From Lama guanicoe (Eukaryota), in the NCBI GenBank assembly GCA_013239625.1, contig MU053652.1, forward strand, positions 4,887,902 to 4,951,901: a stretch of DNA of 64,000 nt, read 5' to 3'. The notes under the pieces were generated by a model, which ran no database searches, had not been told where the DNA came from, and saw nothing but the letters and a program-made list of their open reading frames with translations. Of the stretch, positions 23,005 through 36,552 are shown in pieces. Numbering within the stretch: position 1 is the stretch's first letter; each line of letters opens with the position of its first letter. The position numbers were made by a program, and so were the translations under genes.

Positions 23005-23620
23005 TGCAGTACTTACGTGCTATAAAGTCACCATGAACACTGAATTAGCGAATTCTGGACCACTGTCTCCAGGGGAAACCCAGGGTTAGGTTCCTAAGCC
23101 TCTGGTCACATTTTTATCAACTTATCAATNNNNNNNNNNNNNNNNNNNNNNNNNNNNNNNNNNNNNNNNNNNNNNNNNNNNNNNNNNNNNNNNNNNNNNN
23201 NNNNNNNNNNNNNNNNNNNNNNNNNNNNNNNNNNNNNNNNNNNNNNNNNNNNNNNNNNNNNNNNNNNNNNNNNNNNNNNNNNNNNNNNNNNNNNNNNNNN
23301 NNNNNNNNNNNNNNNNNNNNNNNNNNNATGCTTGGATTTTAAACTATGACAAAAAGTGCAAGAAATTGGAAAAACTTGGTACTAAACAGACATGAGGAAG
23401 ACACTTGTCTGTGGTATGAGGGCTGAAACGAGAAGGCAGAGCCCTGCTTGTTCGACCTCAGCTGGGAACGTGCTCACCAGGAGATTCGAATGTTTTGCTG
23501 ATCCGTGCACATCCACAAATGATCTAAGTGCCATGGGTACTGATTTTGAGGTTACAAATCAATTTTAGCAAGTAAGTGAATTTGCAAATACGGAATCGCA
23601 TATAATGAGGACGGACTGCA
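23005..23620 (-). mobile_element. MER82-like TcMar-Tigger DNA transposon, interrupted by an N-gap
   Basis: Recognisable blocks TTGTTCGACCTCAGCTGGGAACGTG and GAATTTGCAAATACGGAATC...ATAATGAGGA..ACTG match the recalled MER82 consensus. Confidence 0.75.
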
Positions 23621-24504
23621 TACACAGATACACAGACAGCAATTTCCTACAAGTTGCCTCAAACTAAGACAGGAGTTAGAAAAGGCTCATTCTTGTCAAA
23701 TACACAAGAAACCTCTCCTGGTTTCTTTCCTGCTACTGCAAGCATTAGTGAGATACCGCTCACGGAGTGTTGTGTCAAGTGCAAAGTGCTACACACTATG
23801 GCCACCTGTCTCTTCAGCACCTTGGAAAGTTTCAGGAAGAGATCCGGACTCATTGCCTTCCCGGGGAGACCTCCTACAAGGGTACGTGACATCAGGGAGT
23901 GCAGGCCTGGGGTGATGACCACGGGCTGCTAGAGAACTTCATCTGGTGTGTATACATGTGGGCTGACACGGCCTTGAGGTTACCACGCAGTATGTGAACA
24001 CACGGACACAACAGCAAGGGACAGATGGTGGCTCTTCTCCTCACTCCCCCTCAACACTCATGCTGAAGCTGCCTGCTGAGACCTAGGAACGCACAGAGCT
24101 GGGGGGAGGAGACCGCCTCCCAAGAGACTATGAGAAGGGGGTGGGTGGTGCACACGGAGGAGGTGGCTTGCTGATAACTCTGGTTAAGACAGAAGCGAGC
24201 AGCCTAGATGTCTAAAGCCAGACCTGGTCCTCAGGCGTTGAAGGACACCGAGGTGCTGCCTCGCTGTGCACCCCTGCTGGTCTGGTCACCTGCCAGCATA
24301 TCTTGCCTTCTGCTCTCGATGCTGGCAGAGTGGTGGGGATTTTGTGGTCCTGAACTAGGCCCCATGAGCTGAGCTCTTCCAGCTTCAACGCCACCTTCCT
24401 GTGAAGGCGTCCCTAACCCCTGGCTTGCAGTGAACTGAACACCTGGCCTGGAAATCTGTGGGGTCACCCTCCCTTTGACACGTAGGGGCCATTGCATCAC
24501 ACAG

Positions 24505-24705
24505 AGGTGAAGATCGTGGACTCTGGAGCCAAACTGCCTGAGTTCAAATCCACCCACCATCTGTACGTGGCCGTTGGTGAGTCACTTAACTTCTCTGTAC
24601 CTGCTTACTGTAAACTGGAATTACAACAGTACCTACCTCAAAGGATTGGTTTTGATGATTAAATGAGCTAATTTAAGTATGTTAAGCACTTAGAAGAGTG
24701 CTTCA
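24505..24705 (+). mobile_element. MIR SINE
   Basis: GGACTCTGGAGCCA.ACTGCCTG.GTTCAAATCC...GTACCTACCTCA.AGG...GATTAAATGAG. Confidence 0.75.
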
Positions 24706-27700
24706 TCATCATTATCTATTTACTTCCTGGTCGGGGCAGTTATTTCATTTCCAAATATTTATTCTCCAAACAGACTGTCAGCACCAAGGGGAGTGAAGCT
24801 TGTCCTCTGAATCTGCCCCAGAGCTGGGTGTACTGCCTGGGCCACGAGGTGGTGGGAAGAGGATGGATCTTGCAGTCAGACAGACTTGGGTTCAAATCCT
24901 AGCCCCAGCTATGAATTTTTGGTGATGTAAAACTGCTTCCCCTTCCTTCTACTAGGGGCCAGCTGACAGCAGCTGGATCAGTTACATCCAGCAGCAGCCC
25001 TATTTGGCTGAGCTCAATTCCCTTACAGCTTCTCCAACCCAGAGAAACTTTGGGTTTCTTATACCCAGAGTGGGAGGTGAGGAAAGTGCGCAGTGATGGG
25101 AAGAGCTAACGAGTGACTGCCCCAAACCCAACTGGACAAACAGATACTGTTCTGCTCAGGGGATGGAGGTCTTTATTCACCACAGGGCCAATCAGGGGAG
25201 GAAGCGTGGCCCAGCCAGCCATGCCCAGCAGGCAAGCAGCTAGACACCTTGGCCCCGGGCTGTCTGGGGGCTGGGGTGGCCAGCGGGTCTGCTGCCTCAC
25301 AGTGGGACACGTCCTCCTGCTCCCAAGCACATTAATGCACCTCTAATGAAATTGTTCTGGCTTATTTACCAAATTAATACAAACGGCTCAGGCCGTTAAT
25401 TTGCATGTCTCCTAATTACTGAGGAAGAGTTCCCATCCCAGGCAGCGCGCACACCTCAGTGCCCACCTGGCTGAGCTGTGGATTTGCTCTTCCTAGCTGC
25501 GGGAGTGTGAGGAAGGGGAGAAGGGGGAGGAGGAGAGAGGAGACGTGGAGCCGCTCCCACCCTCCATGGCTGGGAGCTACTGAGGGAGGGAAGGTGGCCG
25601 TGAATGTTTTGTTTCCTACAGCCCTTTCCTCAGCAGCCCAAGTGTCCTGGTCCTTGGAAATGTATACTCAATCACTGCCCCCCTCTCCCCCTCCATTCCC
25701 CCTTTTGCCCTTGTCTGGATTCTGTTTCGCTTCTTAACACAGGAACTACTTCAATCAGACAGGCAGTGGGGGCTGAGTCATTATCCCACTCTGTGCTGGG
25801 GTGAGGTGCACGGCCGGAAAGGTGAGGGGTGTGCAGAAAGCAAGAGAATTTAAAGGCAGGCAGGGGCTGGTGTTCATACAGCGATTACAACTCTAACTTG
25901 TCCTGGCCCTCCCACCATTCAGCCTTCAGATTCTGAAACCTTTCGTAAAGGATACATGCGTGTCTGGGGGAAGATACCTAAAAGCTCAGCTATGAGACCA
26001 CAGCGGAAAGTCTGATTGCCCGGGGGTGCCTGTAGCTGGCCTACCTCTTCTTCTCTAGGAGCCAAGTTGGATGCCTAGTGGCTCTAAATCTGGGGCAACG
26101 CTGGTAAGATGCAGGTCCCCTCCTACAGGGGCCTGGACTGCTTTGGGTCTTGGTGGAGTGAGGGGAAGGGCACTGGAGGCTGCCTCCCCTGGAAGGCTAG
26201 CCCAAAAAAGGCAGCCAGAGGCACCTGGGGCAAAGGAATTTTAAAATGTTGAACAGGGGAGGACATGCAGCAAGCAGGGGGTGGCAGGCTCTGTGTGGTG
26301 ACTGAGGGCAGCCAAAGGATGCAGAACACAGAGGGGATTTATGGCAGTGGGGGAGGGTAAGAGACCCTCCTCCCTTCCCACATAATCCACCTTCCCCCTT
26401 TTATGTTAGGAGGATGGAAAGCAGTAAGATCCCCCCAGAGAGCCTCTTGTGAACTGCCTGAGGCAGCACAGGAAATTACTGAGCCTCAGCCTCAGAGGCT
26501 GGGAGGCTGTGGAAGGCCTGGAAAACAGCTGCAGGGATGCTCCCTGCCCCAAGGGAGGCGGCTGCCTCAGGCAGGACAGGTGATGCCAGGTAGGCAAGCA
26601 GCTCAGGACACCCTGGCCTGCCCTGGGGCATCTGGAAAGGAAGACTTCCTGCACATGGGGAGGTGGGGGAGGTGGGGGGGGTGGGGGGTGTTGGTTGCAT
26701 GTTCCTCCAGAAGGCAGAGCAGGAGAGCTCAGTGCTTTCTCTGGAGAGGCGACATCAGAGGTCCCAATGACAGGCAGAAGCCTCTATCCTTTCCATATGC
26801 TGTGTGGCCATAGCCTTGCTTTAAATAACCCCAAAGCCATCAGCAACAAACCTGGAACTGGGAATAAGATAAGAATGAGGCCTGGATGGGGAGAAAGCAC
26901 TGAGGAGTAGAGACAAGACCCTGGACTAGAAAAGGAATCAAGGTACCAGCTCTGCCTCTCCTGGGCTGGGGCATCACAGCCCCCTCCAGGCTGTTCTCCA
27001 CATGTAAATGAGAGATGAACCAAATTTTTAAGGTTTTCTCTGCTTAGAATTTTCTAAGGTTAGACTTGGGGTTGGGGGTGGTGGTGTTGGTATGACTGGG
27101 AGATTGAGAGAGAAGACAGACAACGGGTTATGTGGGAGAGAAGGGCAAGCCCTGTAGAAGTCTTGGAGAGGGGAAGGTGGGAAGTGGAGAGAGAGGAAGA
27201 AAGGCACCCCAGCTCTTCCCAACCCACGCATCTCATCCAGCACTTTCTGCAGGAACGTGAGGAGCAGTCCAGAGCGACCAGCGCACAGCTGAGCCTCCTT
27301 GCTGGCCGTGCAGAGGTAGCCAGGCCGCCAGAGAGCTGGGCTTTCCACCATCACCGATGCTGCGTGAAGGCTGTAATGTGCTGCCACAGCCAGAGCCGTG
27401 AACTCGAAGAGACACCTCACCTTAATATAGTAGCAGTTTAACACAGCCAGCTCGTCCCCTCCATTCGTGGCCAAGCGCAAACACACCAAAGCCTTTCAGA
27501 GATGATGAGCATTAACACGACGCAATTAACAACATAACGTGCTAGAGCTGCAGAGGCAGTGCCTGTGAAATGCCTCCTGGGTCTCATTACCCCCGGTGGG
27601 GAGGGGGCAGGCGAGAGGCAGTACCAGTCTTCCCTGGGCTCCTGGAGCAGCGGGCCCCAGTCCCTCCCCTCCTAATCCCTCATCACCTCCAGACCAGAGG

Positions 27701-28899
27701 ACTCTCCCAGGCCCAACCCACAACACTGACTGTCCTCTGGAAAACCTCTTTTCTGACTTGTGTGCACTGGTCCAAGCCAAAGCCCTCAGAATGTCTGAGA
27801 TTCAGGCTTGGGTTGGCACAGTGGCAAGAGGTGCCAAGAAGCTCCTGGAAATTGAGGGAAGGCCTGAACACTGAGTGAGACGGCTCAGCCAGAAGCTCAG
27901 GGCTTCCTCCTCTCTCTTGGACTACCGCAGGGATAAGGGGTAGGAAGACAGGGTAGGAGGGCAGCTCCTGGTCCTACCTGAGGTGGAGAGGCAGGAGCCA
28001 AGGCGATCAGCCTTCTCTGAGTCTACCGGGGAACGCAAACCTGCTGACTCTAGGTCTTTGCAAGCGGTAACACAGTTTACAAACTGACGCAATCTGGTGC
28101 AGACAATAAAGAAAGCAGACTGTTCATCTTCCCAGGAAAACCTGGGGCTGGAGGCTGGAGGGAGATTTAACTCTCTCTTCCCTGAGGTCCTGCAGGGAAT
28201 GTGGCTGAATCAAGGGATCGTCATTCTGCCCCTACCCTGGTCCAGGGCACCACTGCTGGCATCCCTTTCCATAGCTTTCCTGGGCCTGAGGCAGGCTTTG
28301 GAATCCCTTCTGAAAGTGGGGCACACCTGAATGGTCCAGCTCCTCCTTGTGCTCCCTGGCTGATGTGGAGAAGAGCAGTCCAAACCAAAAAGAATAGTGA
28401 GGACTGCTCTTCATCCAGTGCCTCCAGACAGCATCCTTTACCCCACCCCCCTGACGTGGGCCAGGGAGTCAAGCTGCAGTGGGGTTCTCCCAAGCCTGGC
28501 CAGAGTCTCTGAAGCTGCACCTGAGCCCTGTAGGGACTGAGCTGGGGGTAAGAAGATGGTTGACCTCTTTTGGCAGGAGAAATTAGAGTGTATATGACCT
28601 ATGGAGTAGAGTAAGTGCATGAGGTTATCAAATCTCTGGCCTGATCTGAAAGTAACCAAATGTTGTCCAATCAGCTCAAACACAATTGTCAGTTCCCTCT
28701 TTGCAGGCACGTATGCCTTTCTGATGCCAAGGCCCGCTCTGGGGCAGGTGCACTCCGCTTTGCTGATCCCAACTCTCAGGCTTTCCCTGAACTTTTCTCA
28801 GGCTGTGGGTTTCTAGGCGGACCCACACTTTGCCTTTATAAGGCACTTATGGTGGCATCTGTAACCACTTCTTCCTCTTCCACCCTGGGGAGAGAGAAA

Positions 28900-30540
28900 T
28901 GACCCTGGCTCTAGACCACACTCTCTCTTGCTTCCTCAGGTACCTGTTTCTATCAGTCACCGTCTCTTGCATCATCACCACCCCTATTCCCTTTTCACCA
29001 GTGTCTACCTCTTTGCCCACAAATATCTTGCCCATCCTAGAACACCTTGCTTTGCCCTCACATGCCCTCCAGGCGACTTCTCTCTCTCTAATTGAGAGTA
29101 TTCTGCTCACCATCCTTTCACTTCTCCGTCCAACCCAGCTGGTCACTACTGTCGATATTCCAGTGTTAACTACCATTTCCAAGGTCACTCAAGACCTCTT
29201 AATTGCTATTCTATTCATTTCTTCTCAGATGTCATTTTTGACCTTTCGAATGATCTGACAAAGCCAAACACCCCCCTTCCATTTGGAAGCTGCCTTTTTT
29301 TAGGCCTCTGTGATTTCCAAGCTTGGCCTCTTCTTCGTGCTTTTTCTTGGTTTCAGTTGTGAATTCTCCCCCCACAACAACATGCCCCTTGACTATGGAT
29401 AGTCCCCAGGGGGCCATCTGGAGCTGTGGACAGTGTTTCACAGCTCAGAGTTATATGACACCATCACTTCTATTTCCAGTCCAGACCTCTCTTCAGGATT
29501 CACCTCCCCCAGATAAATCTCAAATGTAACGAGTCCAACCCTGAATCTACAGATCTTTGCTGTAAAACCCGCTCTTCCACCTGCGTTTCTTATCTCACTT
29601 GGCAGCACAAGCAGCTGGGGAATCATCCTGGACGTCTTTTACACTCACAGTCAATCTCCAGGTCACACCGGTTCTATTTCATAAATATTCCTTGAATTCT
29701 TCCCCTCTTCTTTATTCTTATTGCTGCTCTCTAAGTTCAGGTTCTGGCTATGGTGACAGTCCCCTCAGGGGCATCCCTGCCACCAGCCCTGCCACTCCCG
29801 AATGGCCCCTCCACAACGCTGCAGAGGGTGGCTTATCATGGGCAGGGCAGCACAGTGGTTAGAGGCAGGCTCTGGGGCCAGACCGCCTGGGTTCAAGTCT
29901 TGCTCTACTACTTACTGGCTGTGTCATCTTTAGGGGGTTAGTTAACCCCTCTGGGTCTCGGTTTTTTCCTATTTGTCAATTGGGTGTAAGAATGGTACCA
30001 ACCTCAAAGGGTTTTATTGAAGAACGAACTGACTCACAGTAATGAATGAACTGGCACAGAGTAAGTGCTCAATAAATGTTGCTGTTACTTCGTAAAAAAG
30101 CCTGAATTGGATCACGTTCTCTTTTGCTGAAATCCCTTCCTTGTTCTCTAGCACAGTTGAAATTCCTCAGCATAGAGTATAAGCTCTTTATATAACCGGG
30201 TTCTTACTGGCCTCACCTTCTACCATTTTGGCCCTATTTCGCTCTAGTCATGCCCAGCCACCTCCAGCTCCACACAGAATGCATCGTTCCAGGCTTCTGG
30301 ACATGCTATTCCCCTTGGCTAGAAAGCTTCTTCTGATGACTTCACCTGCAAACTCCTACCCAACCCATCAGTTAAGATTCTGCACAGATGTGACTTCCCT
30401 TGAACCATTCCATTATTTACTTAGGTAACACTTTTCCTCCCAGCACTTTGTTCACACCGCTATTAATTACAGCATTATATAACGGGCATTTATTAATGGT
30501 ACACCTAGTTAATGGCACATGGTAGGCAAACAATAAACAG
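28900..30540 (+). mobile_element. Long degenerate L2 remnant with a nested MIR
   Basis: Pyrimidine-rich L2-like blocks (CAAGGTCAC...GACCTC, TTTCCAGTCCAGACCTCTC, ATCATCCTGGAC) ending in TGGCACATGGTAGGC...AATAAA. Confidence 0.6.
29848..30085 (+). mobile_element. MIR SINE, near full length
   Basis: CAGTGGTTAGAG...GGCTCTGG.GCCAGAC.GCCTGGGTTCAA...CTGGCACA.AGTAAGTGCTCAATAAATG. Confidence 0.85.
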
Positions 30541-33500
30541 ATAATGCAAGGTAAAAGGTCTGCACTTCCCCCAGATCACTGGCAGAAGTAAAGTTCTAGG
30601 GACAGAAAACTCCCTTGGGGGAAGTCCTGTGGCACCAAACTGACTGGAGGAGGCCTGTTTTGAGAACAGCGACAGGGCTGTCCCACAGATGCCCCATCAG
30701 AGCAGGTCTACTCGTAGAAGCCCAGAGGGGCAGAAACCAGCTTTGGTCAGTGCAGCCGGCACTGATGACTCAGAGGCACCCAGACGTCACGAGCAGAAGG
30801 GGCTGTTTCGCACTTGGCTTTGCCTGTACTGAATATAACTGGAGCGAGGATGGGCTCCTCTATTTATCCAGGCAGGAGCGCAGGCAGCAGCTGCTGCGTG
30901 CCTCCCCCTGGTCTCCTACACATCCATCCCTCAGCAAGGAAGAGGTGAAGAGCAAAAGCAGGCAGGAGACAGCTAGAGGAAGAGCTGTGAGGACAGGGCT
31001 CCAGACCACGGTCCAGAGCTCAATTCTCCAAGCTGGGGGTTAGGTGTGCTGCTCAGGTCGCGGTCCCCTGAAGGAACACGGAGCTCAGGGCTGAGAAAGC
31101 CTTAGTGTCTGGCCCTTCTAAGGGGAACACAGAAGCCACTGAGGAAAAGGCAACTGTGGTCGGAACTGAGGAAATCTGGGGCTTGGACTGGGAAGCCAGC
31201 TCCCAGTTGTCCGAACTGGGCTGTGGTTACGCGGGTCACGCAAAAGCAGTCAGGCTGGGGCAGGAACGACCGATGCTGAGGGAAGGGGACACAAGACTTC
31301 TCTTTTACTGTCACCTGGTCTCTTGGCAACAGGCACACACACCAATCCCTCTTGCAGGCCAGAAAAAAGGCACCAGAGAGAAGGACCTGAATAGATAAAA
31401 ATTCTACACTGCAGCTGGGGACCAGAGGCAGTTTACTTGTTTCACTGAATTGAATATAAGAAATGGCAAACAATTCAATCCAAAAACATGGAATGTTCAT
31501 CCCTCCCGACTAAAGTCAGATCAATGGCATGAAGCACAGCTGAAGGCACTGAGAGGCTAAAGGAGCATCATCCCCAGAGGGGGATCCCCTGCCCCTCCTC
31601 GTGTCTCCCTCATCATCCGGCTGACTAAGAAGGTACCATCTCCCCTGGTATCTACAGTCCCCACCCCGTCCCACTTGTATCCTTCCTTAAATCCATCCTG
31701 CCTTCAGTTGCCAAGCAGGAAGCCTGGCATGGGCCTGCCCCACCAGGCTGCAAATCGTGTGTGCTGTGTGTGACCACCCAGGAAGGCCACTCTTTTCTGA
31801 AGCACACGAAGGACTACAGCCCTGCGGACTTACATCCCTGGATGGGCCAAAGGGAAAGACTCCTGTCCTCTCACCCAACTCAGGCCCAGGAGAGAGGAGA
31901 TCTGGGCATTTGGGGGTACTCTGCTCATGTCTGATGCACATCCCCAAACTCTGTTACCAAACCTACTATAATGCAGTCAGGAAAATAAAAACACCCTTTG
32001 AGATGCTTCGGAGCCCCAGCAAATGCAGTCTTTGAGTTCTGGCAGTGCCAGTGGGCGAGGGCTGTCCTGTGCTCACCCGCCTGTCACAAGGGAAAACAGG
32101 ATTCTTGCTCTGTATAACCCAGAGGGCTCATGATCTCTCTTGCCTCTCAGTAATGCAAAGAAAAGTCCATGGGTGAAAAAAGGTCATTATAAGGTCTAAG
32201 TGTATACAGCTGAGACTGGGATAAATGCAGCCCACCAGGGGCCAGATCGGCCTGGTTAATTACCCTGGAACCTGCCCTCCTCTATGGGTTGAGGTTGGGT
32301 TTCCTCGCACCTAATGACGATTTTAAAATGGCACTGCTTACACTGCCGGAGTAGAGCTCTTGTAGACCACAACCCCTCCAAAATCCCTGCGCAGGGCTGG
32401 AGTGTGCACCCAGAGACTGCTGGGTTACAGTCTGCAGCCCGGTCCCAGCTGACTCTGCCGAGAGAAAGCTGGGAGTGATGGGCCGGGCTGGCAAGAGCAC
32501 TCTGCCCTCTCTGCTTCTCCGCACTGGAACAACAGTCCCACGTCCTCCTCCACTTCACCCACTGCCCAGAGCATGGGCTCCTGATGCTGTCATGGGACTT
32601 GTAATCACCTCTTGAAAGTTCCCAAAGCCACAGCCATGAGATCAGAGGCAAGAGAGGGTGAAATATCAGGGGTAGCAAAGGACAGTTGTAGGATGGGTCA
32701 GCGGCTTGCTGTTGATGACAACTCTCCACCCCTCCTCTTGAAGGGAGCCAAGGTCCCATTAATCACAATTACTTCTCTCTCTCCCATTTCACCCAAAAGT
32801 CCCCAGTACATTTCAGCTTAACGAGGTCCCAGGAGCTAGTGGGGAGCCCCTCAATGCTACCATTTGCCCAGGCTGACTGCGACCTGTTCCAGGGCAGGGA
32901 GTAGCTGTCCTGTGTTCCCTGCAACAGGGCCCAGGTGGCCTCGTTCGCCTCCTCCAGCTCCCAGGTGGGCTGCACTACGCAGAATTCCACTGGCGGCTGC
33001 TCTCTGCTCCACGTGGGGAGTAGTCCTCCAAGGTAGGTGTGTTCTGAGGTGGAGCCAGGAAAGGCAAATGTTCACGATCTCCAGCTAAGATTTCCAAGTC
33101 ACAATTAAACTTTTAAGGGGCATCTCTCTGACTCTGGAGGAAGGCCAGCGAGCCTGACCTCTGCCTACGCCTAATCACCTGTTGAAGGCTCTTCTGACAG
33201 AGGTCAGGACAGCTGCAGCTCCTGCTGGCGGTGCAGCTTCTCCTGCCACGGACTGACTTCCTGCCTCAGCGCCCTCGGAAAAAGCTGTGAGACTCCTGCC
33301 CTGCCGCTCAGCGTAAATACCATTTAAGAATTTGATTTCTTTTAATGCTATTCGGAGGTGCTCTCAATTGCCCGCTGCTCCTGGGCTGCTGCCTGGAGCC
33401 AGCGTGCAGAAAAAGCAGAGTGGGAAGCTTAGGATCAGCAAAAAGGAAGGGAAAGGCCAACCTGCCCCATTCTCTATCTAAATGTCTCAAAGGGATGCCT

Positions 33501-35489
33501 CAGGGAGGGTGGGGAGAAAAAGGGGCCAAAAGGAGATTCTCAGCATCTTGTACCTTCTCAAAGAGAAAGTATACGAGATGGGGCTCACACCCCCACCATG
33601 TCCACGGCCTCATTTCCTCTAACTCCCCTTCAAAGACCCTCTGCCCTGGCCTAGCCGATCTGTTTGCTTCCCTGCCTGTCCCTGAGGCCACAACCTGCAT
33701 CACGGCTGTAAAAGCCAGAGAAGGAACAGCCCCTGCACTGTTGAGGGAGATGCAGAGGTGGCAGAGCCCACTCAGAGAGATGCCTGCTCATTTACCAATA
33801 AAGGAATGCTAAAACAACCCTCTTCTGGAAGTTTCTGCCCTGGAGTGCAGGATGAAAACATGTGAAGCTGTTTGCAACGGGTGACCTCACACCACTTCTG
33901 TCTCCAGGGAGCCCTCCCTGATTCACTCTTCTCAACAAGGAACTCAATCTTGATGCCCATGTTCTGTCTTGAACTTGTCCACCTTGTCAACCCGTGAGCT
34001 TTTATATTATGCCCTTCGAATGAGGCTGTAGGCCGATTTCCTTTCAATCCACCCCTAAGTCCCCACAGCCTGTCCTGAGTAGCAGGATTCTAGGCAGTGC
34101 TGGAAGGTGCCTGATGGGGAAGGATCCTGGCCTCCTGGGAGAGGATGTGCTTGGCAGGACTTGGTGGTTTCTGGGTGGCACCCTCTACGTGGCTGTATTT
34201 CTGGCTGCAGTCCAGAGCTTCCCTAACAAAGACAGCTTCCAAGGCCAGGTAGGCAGCAGGAAATGCGGGTTAAAGTTAAAATGGAGTACAGCATACCCTG
34301 AAAAGGGAGATCACTGGTTCAGCCTTACATCTCTGGAAAGATCCACCAGGGCTGGAGAAGGACCAGGGTGCCAGGTGAGTTGATTAAAGAGATGATAATG
34401 CCTCAAAATGGTGAGGATTCTCAAAATGGGAAGACAAATGCTGAAGGAACTGAACTATATAAAAGGACTTACGTTATAGGACTAGATATTATATAATATA
34501 CTGCATATTATGTTATCTTATATATATTATATTACTAAGACTTATTGTCATCAACCGACCAAGAAATAGTTATGTGGCACTAAACAGAAAAGCACTGCAT
34601 TAGGCACTGCAATAGATCCGAAGGGAGAAAAAAATAACTTGTCTTCAAAGAGCTTAAGATCGAGTCAAGAAGACATGGTGAAGCCATATCAAGTTAACTA
34701 GTGAAAAAATGCCACACGACCACCGAGTGGCAGCACAGACAGCAAATACTGGAGGGGTTCAAAGAAAAGAGCCAACTTTGGGGGCTGGAGAGTTGGACAA
34801 CTCTTGGTAGGGCGGGGGCAGGGGTGGCGGGCAGGTATTAAAGTCTGGGCGGGACACAACCAGTGGGGCAGGGCAAACACATCCTAGTGTATGGAATGAC
34901 TTGGGCCCTGCTCTGGAAATAATGCAGGATGGGGAGGAGCAGGAATGAGCAGAATTTCAGGACAGAAAGGGAGGCTGATGCCAGTGGAGGGGCAAGCAGG
35001 CATTAGAGGGAGAGAGAAGGGACGAGAGAGAGAGCAGAGGCGGGGGGGGGGTGCAGGGAGCCCAGAAGAGCTCAGGAGGGCAAACCGAGGGATGGGGCAA
35101 GTCAGAGCCCAGCCCGTTCTGATACAAGTCTCGGACAAATGAGGAGGTGGATTCCATACATTCTTAGGGAGGCAGGAAAGACTGGAACCTAAACAAGATG
35201 CACAAAAATCCCATTACAGTCACGAGTGAGGGAGGCAGGAGTGAGGGAAATGAAAAAGGCCTCCTGGGAGCTTTTCAGTGGACGGTGCTGACTGCCTCGA
35301 GTCAGAACGCACTGAGGGGAGACAGGAGTCAGGAGGAGACGAAGGCAGATGTCCCAGCCTGGACCAGACCAAGAGAGATGGCAAATCACCTTGTGCCTAG
35401 TCTTACCTTCATCCATCTGTCTTGATCCCCACATTTCCTCCAGACTAGGGGGATCTTACTCACTGGCAGAATTGCACCATGGTCACCAG

Positions 35490-35700
35490 TGAGAGCTCTG
35501 GGGCCAGACTACCAGGGTTCAAATTAGATTTCTGCCATTTAGCAATCTTGAGCGAGTTATTTTAAGCCTGTGCTTCAGTTGCTCCCAACTGTAACATGGG
35601 AGTAACAAAACTGAATGCCTCCTCGTAAGGAAAATGTGAGGCTTAAATGAGGCAGCACTCGGAACAACGTCTGGTACACGGTAAGCACTCAGTAAATGCC
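35490..35700 (+). mobile_element. MIR SINE
   Basis: GCTCTGGGGCCAGAC...GGGTTCAAAT...CTGGTACACGGTAAGCACTCAGTAAATG. Confidence 0.7.
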
Positions 35701-36369
35701 GGCTCTCCTTATTGGGTCAAGCACGTAGAGTGAGGACAGAAACACATTTTGAGTGCACCCAGGTCACAGAGAGACTGAACTCTGGTTCTTGAAGGAAAAA
35801 ATGACAGGCCTTTGGGCAACATAACAGTCTAGCTTACTTGGTCCCACTCTTGGCATATGCCACCTGACCTGCCAGACCTGAGCCCTGGCAATCACCTCGT
35901 TCAGCTGAACCAGCAGAGCTTTCACACCCAATGGAAAACGTGGATTTGCTTGTCCCATCTCATTTCCCACCACCTCCTCTTCCTCTTACACTAACTACAT
36001 GGACTTGTTGATCTACACAGACAGTGCTACGTGTTCCCCCAACAGACACTGAAATGTTACGTCTCTGTGCCTTGGCACATGCCGTTTGTGGCACAATTCC
36101 CATTTCCCAATTTTCATTCTTTCCTTCTTCCTTAGTAACAGGCATCCTTTTAGCACAGGCCTCGGTGTGGCCAGCTTTAAGACTGTGCCCTCTCTCCTTG
36201 GTCACACCACTGAGATTCGGCCGAATCTTCTGAGTGGGACTTCTAAGGAAGCATTTGCTCTTGCCGGGCTTTCTCCCATTCTCTTGGCATCCTGTCAGGA
36301 AGGAAGACGTGAATGGCTGGAGCTCCCCAGCCACCTTGGATCTCGAGAATGGAATCCACGTGCTAAGAA

Positions 36370-36552
36370 TAACTGAGCAGGAAGATGATGGGGCTCAGAT
36401 TCCTGGTGACACTGGGAGCCACTGTACCTGTTCAGGACTGCCTATGTCTGGACTTCTTTTTTTAATGAGAAAGAAGTGAACTTTAATCTTACTTAAATGA
36501 ACGTGGTTTCTGGGGCGTATCTGCAATTGCATGCAATTCCTAACTGATGCAC
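36370..36552 (+). mobile_element. MLT1-type LTR 3' fragment
   Basis: GGACTGCCTA..TCTGGACTTCT...ATGAGA...CCTAACTGAT.CA terminus. Confidence 0.55.

Noticed and set aside
28847-29529. Hydrophobic ORFs resembling membrane proteins
   Set aside because: They lie in a pyrimidine-rich degenerate L2 remnant; compositional artefact.
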